From the IMG/VR virus record IMGVR_UViG_3300034069_002177, positions 46,907 to 110,906 of that record: 64,000 nt of DNA. One strand, given 5' to 3'. Origin of the DNA: a virus. The notes under the pieces are model-generated. The model searched no databases. It was not told where the DNA came from and saw only the letters and a list, made by a program, of their open reading frames with translations. The position numbers and the translations under genes were made by a program. Positions 57,669 to 64,000 of this stretch are shown here, one piece after another. Within the stretch, counting starts at the first letter, position 1, and every line of letters begins with the position of its first letter.

Positions 57669-58148
57669 TTGCCAAGACGACCAATTGCACAACCACATTC
57701 CGTATCGCGCCGCGAACATCTGAAAATGGAACAGATAGGACTGAAAAGGTCTTTCCAATCAGGCGGGCGAAATCTGACGGAGGTTGAGTATGTCGGCTTG
57801 CACACTTTCCGCAAAATGCTTGCCAACCGTAACAAGAACCTCGGTGTTGCTGGTAGGCAGGTTTTGCGTGAACAAGCGGAGAGAAGCCGCAGTTTTGGAA
57901 TTACGGAATTCGATTGCGCTGCTTGGTATGTTCTTTTCGGCGGTAATGAAACTCGCTACGAGAACGTACTTAATTCCGATATCGCGTTGATTCCTTTCGT
58001 AAAGTACCAGTCTGCTGGCGTCATGGATGACGACATCATTATCGAGTCACTCATCATCGGTCGTTCTGTTGAAGATGCCATTGCTGAGTTCAAAAAGCAG
58101 CACAACATCGTTCAGGATGAAGATTTCCTTTACGCCGAAACTGCTTGA
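57669..58148 (+). CDS. hypothetical protein
   Basis: AGGAG RBS before TTG. Confidence 0.7.
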   Translation: MPRRPIAQPHSVSRREHLKMEQIGLKRSFQSGGRNLTEVEYVGLHTFRKMLANRNKNLGVAGRQVLREQAERSRSFGITEFDCAAWYVLFGGNETRYENVLNSDIALIPFVKYQSAGVMDDDIIIESLIIGRSVEDAIAEFKKQHNIVQDEDFLYAETA

Positions 58149-58513
58149 TGTCTGCATCAGAGATGCCCTCCCAAAAAGTATCCACTTTATTGCTCACCAA
58201 GGCTCTAAGCTCGGCGTTCCTATTCGTTGGTGTGGGTGCATTCGTACTCGCCTCGATGGCTTCTGCGTTCGTCGCTTCTTCGCTTGGAATTGGCGCTATA
58301 GGAATATTCCTACGCACTTATACGGCAGTGGAAGTATCAGCGGTTCCGCTTTTGCTTATCGTCGCTCTACTTGCAGCAGCCTTGAACACGGGTAGAAAAG
58401 ATTCGAAGGGCTTCAAGCAAAATTTTGGGACAATGACCGAATCCACCCTTAGTTCGTTGTTCTGCGCCCCTCTCGTAGCCGCACTTGTAATCTATTTGGT
58501 ACTTAGCCGCTGA
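58145..58513 (+). CDS. membrane protein
   Basis: hydrophobic; coupled to upstream stop. Confidence 0.65.
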   Translation: MMSASEMPSQKVSTLLLTKALSSAFLFVGVGAFVLASMASAFVASSLGIGAIGIFLRTYTAVEVSAVPLLLIVALLAAALNTGRKDSKGFKQNFGTMTESTLSSLFCAPLVAALVIYLVLSR

Positions 58514-58576
58514 TTTTCTTTTGCACAAAGTCGGACGGATGTGCTAATGTATCCCAAAGTACAGGAAGGTACGAAG

Positions 58577-58999
58577 ATGACTCTGCTAGTCAATACCAAT
58601 GAACCGACCGGTCAGGCGGATGTTCTCCACCAAAGCCGTGAAAACGATGAAACATCAGTAATGGTGCGAGTCATGGTCCCCGTCAGGCGCGCAAGCCGCT
58701 TCTGGCAGATGCTTCGCGATGAGTCGCTAAGCCAGTTCGCCCCATTCGGAACCTATGAGTCAGAGGATTTCCCCTCGCACCGACTCATGGTTGTTGAATT
58801 CACCGGCAAGCCTCAGGCGGTGAACACCGACCTCGACATGTTCACGAAGTACCACTTCACACCTAAGGTCGTCAGTAATGACTCCGATGCCGTCGCAATT
58901 CCGTCCATCAGCTTCTCCAAAACAAACAAGCTCGACTTCTCGGACCCTGAGTTGGATTTCAACAAGAAAACCAAAGGCTCTTCGAGCGCATTTAGCTAA
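58577..58999 (+). CDS. hypothetical protein
   Basis: GGAAGG RBS; upstream AGTCGG-N10-TAATGT. Confidence 0.7.
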   Translation: MTLLVNTNEPTGQADVLHQSRENDETSVMVRVMVPVRRASRFWQMLRDESLSQFAPFGTYESEDFPSHRLMVVEFTGKPQAVNTDLDMFTKYHFTPKVVSNDSDAVAIPSISFSKTNKLDFSDPELDFNKKTKGSSSAFS

Positions 59000-59078
59000 G
59001 TAGCAAGAAAACAGCCCTCGGTGTATCAGCGCCGAGGGCTGTTTTCTTTTAACCAGAAATTTCGCATTACGTTCTGAG

Positions 59079-59100
59079 CGTCGTGAGGTGTGGCTAGGAT
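59079..59100 (+). promoter_or_regulatory. PafBC-like promoter variant
   Basis: CGTCG-N11-TAGGAT. Confidence 0.55.
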
Positions 59101-59128
59101 TGTCTATAAGCACCGAAAGGCAATCTTG

Positions 59129-59587
59129 ATGTCCGTTGTACAACCAGTTGAAATCATCGATAAGAATGGCAAACGAAACACTGTTCGCAAAAGACTGGAC
59201 TCGTCAACCTCCGGTAGCAAAAGAAATACCACTGTTACTAGCTCTACCAGGGAGGAAGAAAGCTTCGACCACCCCTTCTTCCCCGATGCGGAGGACAAGA
59301 AAACCGTCAAGCTCATTCGCAAAGTTTTCAAAGGAGCATCTGAGTTTCGATTCGAGTTCGAAGTAGAACGCGGCTCGCTGTATGTCATGAATAGGTCGGT
59401 TGTTTTAGAAAGCGGCGACGTGCATTCGGATGATGACAATGACGAAAGCAATCTTTCGCGACTTGATGAGGTTTCGGATCGCTTAGCGGAAATGTACTAC
59501 TCATTGGGTGCATTCGGTTCACAACGTCGCGTACGGGTTGTGAACCAAGAAAGCGAGAGCAGATACATCGCCATCAGACTTGACTGA
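59129..59587 (+). CDS. hypothetical protein with DKNG leader
   Basis: GAAAGG RBS; EIIDKNGKRNTVRKR. Confidence 0.8.
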   Translation: MSVVQPVEIIDKNGKRNTVRKRLDSSTSGSKRNTTVTSSTREEESFDHPFFPDAEDKKTVKLIRKVFKGASEFRFEFEVERGSLYVMNRSVVLESGDVHSDDDNDESNLSRLDEVSDRLAEMYYSLGAFGSQRRVRVVNQESESRYIAIRLD

Positions 59588-59639
59588 TGGCATAGAGAAA
59601 GGGCGACGGAAAATGTATCCGTCGCCCTTTCCTTGCCGC

Positions 59640-60356
59640 TTAGAGGAACACGTCCGAGTCTGGCTTCTCCGGGTCGATGGTTCCCACCTCAGGTACGTGA
59701 GGCTTGATAGCTCCGCGCCAGGTGTCACCAATCTGCGCCAAGTAAATCTTGGCAGCGTGGTCACCACGGTAAAGGCGCAGGAACTGCTTGCGTCGCTTAG
59801 CGACTGCGAGAACCTGCCCAAGGGCAGGAGTCCATACCGTAAGCGCTCCATCTTCCGCCTCGACACTGTTCTTGTCCTTGGGCGTATTACGTGACGTTTC
59901 TCCGGTGACCCACTTCTTCAGTCCTTCGAGAGGAAAGTCATTTTCTTCGACCGGGAACAGGAACTCGGTTGGCTCATCAGCGGTCTCTTCGACAATGGTG
60001 ACAAATCCGTCCTTGACGACAATGGTGATGTGGTGCGGGTCGTCAGCCTTTTCCTTGTCGTGCTTTTTCGCAAGTGGGGTGAAGACGTACTTGATGTTTT
60101 TGACGTTCACGGTGGACCAGAAGCCCGCCTCGACCTCACCGATACCAGGAACCCATGTATTGCCTACTACCTCGCCGTTGGCAGAGATACCGACAAGCAG
60201 GTCTACATCGCCTGGTTCTTCATTCCACGGTCCGCGAGACGAACTGACATGAATACCGTTGAAGGTGGTGTCATCGGGCAGCGAGCCTGCGGTGATGAGA
60301 AGATCGTCAAGGAAGCCGAGGAACTTCCTCGTTTGGATGGTGAAGCGACTAGACAT
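59640..60356 (-). CDS. hypothetical protein, possibly sliding-clamp-like
   Basis: GAAAGG RBS; pattern loosely like beta-clamp halves, ends IG..WRGAIKP. Confidence 0.55.
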   Translation of the reverse strand: MSSRFTIQTRKFLGFLDDLLITAGSLPDDTTFNGIHVSSSRGPWNEEPGDVDLLVGISANGEVVGNTWVPGIGEVEAGFWSTVNVKNIKYVFTPLAKKHDKEKADDPHHITIVVKDGFVTIVEETADEPTEFLFPVEENDFPLEGLKKWVTGETSRNTPKDKNSVEAEDGALTVWTPALGQVLAVAKRRKQFLRLYRGDHAAKIYLAQIGDTWRGAIKPHVPEVGTIDPEKPDSDVFL

Positions 60357-60466
60357 AGGCAAACCTTTCATGTGTGATTTGTCGTCATGCTAGCACGGGA
60401 TTTCTACCTAAACGGAACATCGAGAATCTCCGAGTGCTATCGTTCCGAAACGAGAAGCAAGGGTGA

Positions 60467-61699
60467 ATGGTGATGACTGAGTTCTATCGAGATGACAGGT
60501 CTATTGTCCTGCACGGCACTGCATTAGAAGCCTTAAAAGGTATGCCAGATAACTCCGTTGATGCCGTTGTTACAGACCCTCCATACGCCTTGACTGATTT
60601 GGATAGCAAGAAAGTCGTTGCGGCACTGACTTCGTGGACAGTCGGAGATAGGTCGTACGTTCCTGATTCCGGTAAAGGTTTCCGAGGAATGGACTGGGAT
60701 AAGTTCGTACCTCCGCCCAGTCTTTGGGATGAATGCATTCGCGTTTTGAAGCCAGGGGGATACTTGCTTGCCTTCGCTGGTGCACGGACACAGGATCTCA
60801 TGGGTATATCCATCCGCATCTCGGGGTTTGACATCAAAGATGGTATCGGCTGGGTATCCAGTCAGGGATTCCCGAAATCATTGGATGTAGGGAAGGCGGT
60901 TGATAAACATGTAAGCTCTGTGAGCCCATCTGAGGCGTTAGATGTTGTTGGCTCATCAGAGGAAGCAGTAATAGCCTCAGAGCCGCAGGTAGCGTCCTGG
61001 GATGGTTACGGTACGGCTATGAAGCCTAGCTTCGAGCCAATTATTGTTGCTCAGAAACCAATTGGTGAACGTAGTATCGTTGCCAATGTTCTTCGACATG
61101 GAACTGGTGCCTTGAACATTAACGCCACCCGAGTCGGCGGTTCTACAAAAGAAGACGCAGTGAGTCATCTCGGTAGATGGACCCCTAATTTTGTTCTTTC
61201 GCATTCTGAAGAATGCTTCCAGTCAGGGGCAGCGCCCGATTTCTTCGTCCGCAATAAGACGGAACAGTGGACGGGTTTTGGTCAGAAAGAAAGACCCGGT
61301 TACAGTAGTGAATCAATCAGCTTCTCGACACCGACATACCATTGTGTCGAAGGATGTCCTGTGAGACTCCTTGCCGAAGAATCAAATAGTCATGCAGCTA
61401 AGGTTCCTGGTGAGGGTGTTACGTCCAAATACTTCCCCGCCTTCCTTTATCACAAGAAAGCTTCGAAGCAAGAAAAGCCAGTGTCCGCCGATGGGAAAAC
61501 ACACGTATCTGTCAAGCCGCTCGAACTGATGCAATGGCTCGTTCGACTCGTCACGCCCCAGGGTGGGGTTGTTCTAGATCCCTTCCTGGGATCGGGAACA
61601 ACAGTCGAGGCAGCACGTCGAGAAGGTATTCTTTCCATAGGTGTTGAAGGGCATCAGCCCTACCTCGAACTAATTTCACAAAGACTCCAAAGGTCTTGA
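60467..61699 (+). CDS. N4/N6 DNA methyltransferase (beta class)
   Basis: VTDPPY, HVSVKP, VLDPFLGSGTT. Confidence 0.93.
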   Translation: MVMTEFYRDDRSIVLHGTALEALKGMPDNSVDAVVTDPPYALTDLDSKKVVAALTSWTVGDRSYVPDSGKGFRGMDWDKFVPPPSLWDECIRVLKPGGYLLAFAGARTQDLMGISIRISGFDIKDGIGWVSSQGFPKSLDVGKAVDKHVSSVSPSEALDVVGSSEEAVIASEPQVASWDGYGTAMKPSFEPIIVAQKPIGERSIVANVLRHGTGALNINATRVGGSTKEDAVSHLGRWTPNFVLSHSEECFQSGAAPDFFVRNKTEQWTGFGQKERPGYSSESISFSTPTYHCVEGCPVRLLAEESNSHAAKVPGEGVTSKYFPAFLYHKKASKQEKPVSADGKTHVSVKPLELMQWLVRLVTPQGGVVLDPFLGSGTTVEAARREGILSIGVEGHQPYLELISQRLQRS

Positions 61700-61766
61700 C
61701 AACAGCGTCCAAATAAGGTCTAATTCGTGGTACGTTACCTCGACAGATAGAAACTGAAAGAAGACA

Positions 61767-62123
61767 ATGGCTACTCCTGACAACATCATCGCCGCAATCG
61801 ACTTGTTCGTGTGCTCACAGATTCCCGAGGCGTCAGAGGCGACCTTCTCGTATCAGCCAACTTTAGATCCTACAGGGGTTCCGTACAAGGTGCAGCTTCT
61901 CTTTGTCTACGACAACGCATCTGTCGATGCTGTAGCGACTCGTAACGAGCTTCACACGGGCGGTGTAGCCAAGATGGAGGATTACCTCAGCAGTAATCTT
62001 TCCGACGTGCTAAAAAGTCAATTCGTTGAAAATCTTCGTCTTGATGATGGCGCGGGAAAGTTCGGCGTAGCTCTACGCAACTCCCAAGACCGTATCGAGC
62101 GCGAGCAGCCTTCTTACTACTGA
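61767..62123 (+). CDS. hypothetical protein
   Basis: 118-aa ORF followed by a hairpin. Confidence 0.7.
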   Translation: MATPDNIIAAIDLFVCSQIPEASEATFSYQPTLDPTGVPYKVQLLFVYDNASVDAVATRNELHTGGVAKMEDYLSSNLSDVLKSQFVENLRLDDGAGKFGVALRNSQDRIEREQPSYY

Positions 62124-62135
62124 GCAACACCAATA

Positions 62136-62171
62136 AGAACGCCCCCGCTATTGATTTAGCGGGGGCGTTCT
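62136..62171. terminator. bidirectional terminator-like hairpin
   Basis: AGAACGCCCCCGCTA...TAGCGGGGGCGTTCT between convergent genes. Confidence 0.75.
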
Positions 62172-62181
62172 TCGTATCAAC

Positions 62182-62862
62182 TCATGTCATCTTTTGAAGC
62201 AGTTCTAACTTCGCAATGAGGTACTTTTCTCGTTCGATAGCTCCATCAGCAAACTGCGCATCTAGCGCAACGACCTGATCGGCAAGAATGTCATTTGCCC
62301 TGATTTGATACTCGGGCTTGGGAAGGTTTTGAATGAGCAAGCTCATCTCATACTGATCTCGGGTGACGTTGTTCATCCTGCTGGTGATTCTTGTAACCGC
62401 CTCCACGAACGCTTTGCCTACAGGGCTCCACACTCCAGTGAATTTGACACTTGCTGTTGTGCCATAGATGTAGATCCTCATGCGTCCTTGAACGATTCCG
62501 CCTAACCAGCGCATTTTCGATATGAGGCGGTAGTCGTAAATCAGTGTTGTTTTGTTGACCCAGCCGTGAAAGATGAACAAGATACGAGAGTTGGTGGCAA
62601 CCAACAGACCTCGCTCATCTTTATGTGTAGTCGGTACCATTGCAAGCACGCGCTCATCAGGCATCAGATGGGTTTCGAGTTCACGAATTTCACGTTTGAC
62701 GCGGAAAATTATTCCTGCCTGATCGGCAGCATCTTGAATGTCCGGGCGGTATTTAGCTCGTGAAATTTCCCTTTTTGCTTCGGATACGGGCACAACGGTA
62801 TAAGGTCCGTTGCTGCCTGACCAAATCAATACTTCTTGGTCTTTCTCGTTCTTGGTCCACAT
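62182..62862 (-). CDS. bacterial PH-domain protein with SHOCT-like tail
   Basis: LMPDERVL..GLLVATNSRILF; GAIEREKY..K..LL. Confidence 0.75.
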   Translation of the reverse strand: MWTKNEKDQEVLIWSGSNGPYTVVPVSEAKREISRAKYRPDIQDAADQAGIIFRVKREIRELETHLMPDERVLAMVPTTHKDERGLLVATNSRILFIFHGWVNKTTLIYDYRLISKMRWLGGIVQGRMRIYIYGTTASVKFTGVWSPVGKAFVEAVTRITSRMNNVTRDQYEMSLLIQNLPKPEYQIRANDILADQVVALDAQFADGAIEREKYLIAKLELLQKMT

Positions 62863-62926
62863 GCCGTCTATCTACCCCTGGTTCACGGTTAGCCTACACA
62901 ACTCACCTGATGAAAAGCTGTGTATC

Positions 62927-64000
62927 TCACTGATTGTCGCAGAGGCTAAATAGACCCTCACAATTAGAGCTTTTAGGTGTGTCGGAAGTGGGTGGCGTAG
63001 TTGCTACAGGTGCTTCAGAGGTAGCGGTAGGATTGGGTTCTGCCGTAGCGGGCGTGCTAGGGGTAGCAGAGGGACTCACTGTGGGCTCGCTTGCTACCTT
63101 GACAACAATAGGAGAGCCGCCATTTCCAAAAGTAGCCATCTTGATGTCGGTAACAACGGTGTTGACTGGTACGTCGAAGTAAACCGTTCCAGTGACTGAT
63201 TCATCCGCAGCCAACTTGGAAATGACGTTGGAACCGCCCACGTCACCATACTGAGAATTTCCGTTATAGCTCTTGTTTGCTTCCGAGATGATGGAAAACC
63301 GCTGTGTTGATAGCGTCAAGATGGAACCAGAAACATTTTTGGCGGTGAAGTCGAGTTGGCACCATGCGCCATTAGAAGCCTTGACAGATGCACCATTCAT
63401 ATCCTTTGCCGCGACATCACACTTGATGCTTTGTGCTGTCATTTGCATCCCGTCCACTGTCGTTCCAAATTTGCCTACACTAGTTGTCAGCAGCGGGGTC
63501 CAGTCTGCTGCGACCGTGGATTTAGAAGGTTTAGGAGCGCTACTTTTAGATGGCTGAGAGGTCGTTACCGTGGGCTTGTCAGGTGCCTTATCTTTGGAAC
63601 CGCCTGTGATGGAACCAATGACGCTGACGATAATAATGATGACAATGATGAGGAGTGCGATGGAGGCACCGCCAACAAGAATCTTTTTCTTCTTGTCCAG
63701 TTCCATGAACTGTGTTTTCAGGGCATTGAACTGATACTTCTCGGGTAACGAGAAACGAGATTTTGGCTTATCGCCGCTATCGTCCATAACATCATCGTCA
63801 TCAAGCATTTCTTCGTCACTATCGACTTCATCGAAGGTAGGCTCGGGTCTTCCACCTCGACGCCTGTCGCGAGGATCGGGGTTGCGGGAATCATCTTCGC
63901 CCCTATCCATCCGATTTTGCTGTGGACGCCGAGGTCGTTCTTCTACCGGTTCTTGATTAGCATAGTTATCTCTCCTGTTTCGATTAGGAACCTCGGTGGC
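62927..64000 (-). CDS. membrane-anchored DUF4352-like protein, 5' end beyond the window
   Basis: frame open to the window edge; TM helix; TAKNVS..GTVYFDVP. Confidence 0.75.
   Translation of the reverse strand, partial: ATEVPNRNRRDNYANQEPVEERPRRPQQNRMDRGEDDSRNPDPRDRRRGGRPEPTFDEVDSDEEMLDDDDVMDDSGDKPKSRFSLPEKYQFNALKTQFMELDKKKKILVGGASIALLIIVIIIIVSVIGSITGGSKDKAPDKPTVTTSQPSKSSAPKPSKSTVAADWTPLLTTSVGKFGTTVDGMQMTAQSIKCDVAAKDMNGASVKASNGAWCQLDFTAKNVSGSILTLSTQRFSIISEANKSYNGNSQYGDVGGSNVISKLAADESVTGTVYFDVPVNTVVTDIKMATFGNGGSPIVVKVASEPTVSPSATPSTPATAEPNPTATSEAPVATTPPTSDTPKSSNCEGLFSLCDNQ

Noticed and set aside
63911..63976. Apparent RBS and out-of-frame ATG at 63963 suggesting a frameshift
   Set aside because: The coding frame stays open to the window edge, so the gene simply starts upstream.

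Overview
A ~50% GC segment of a very large extrachromosomal element of an actinobacterium, probably a giant plasmid or jumbo phage. The host lineage is inferred from the tmRNA tag ANASRNDFALAA, the tRNA styles, thyX/nrdH and a DUF2637 gene; no capsid genes or rRNA operon are visible. The centre (17,993-34,934) is a plus-strand array of about 61 tRNA genes covering all 20 amino acids. Its spacers hold a tmRNA, a ~240-nt minimal RNase P RNA, an SRP domain-IV mini-hairpin, a 23S-rRNA GTPase-centre mimic inside a GOLLD-like RNA, about a dozen non-canonical tRNA-like RNAs, and a five-unit 48-nt hairpin array whose variable segments read as antisense to tRNA positions ~36-52. The flanks carry nucleotide/DNA metabolism genes (UvrD-like helicase, thyX, dut, nrdH, RNase H, two DNA methyltransferases, three HNH nucleases, rtcB), envelope genes (DsbA, signal peptidase, pilin-like propeller protein) and many hypotheticals. 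Nine unrelated proteins share an N-terminal 'VD(K/V)NG..TTV' leader, and most of their transcription units have a TGTCG-N11-TANNNT (PafBC/RecA-NDp-like) promoter. All calls were made by eye; no database search or folding program was run.
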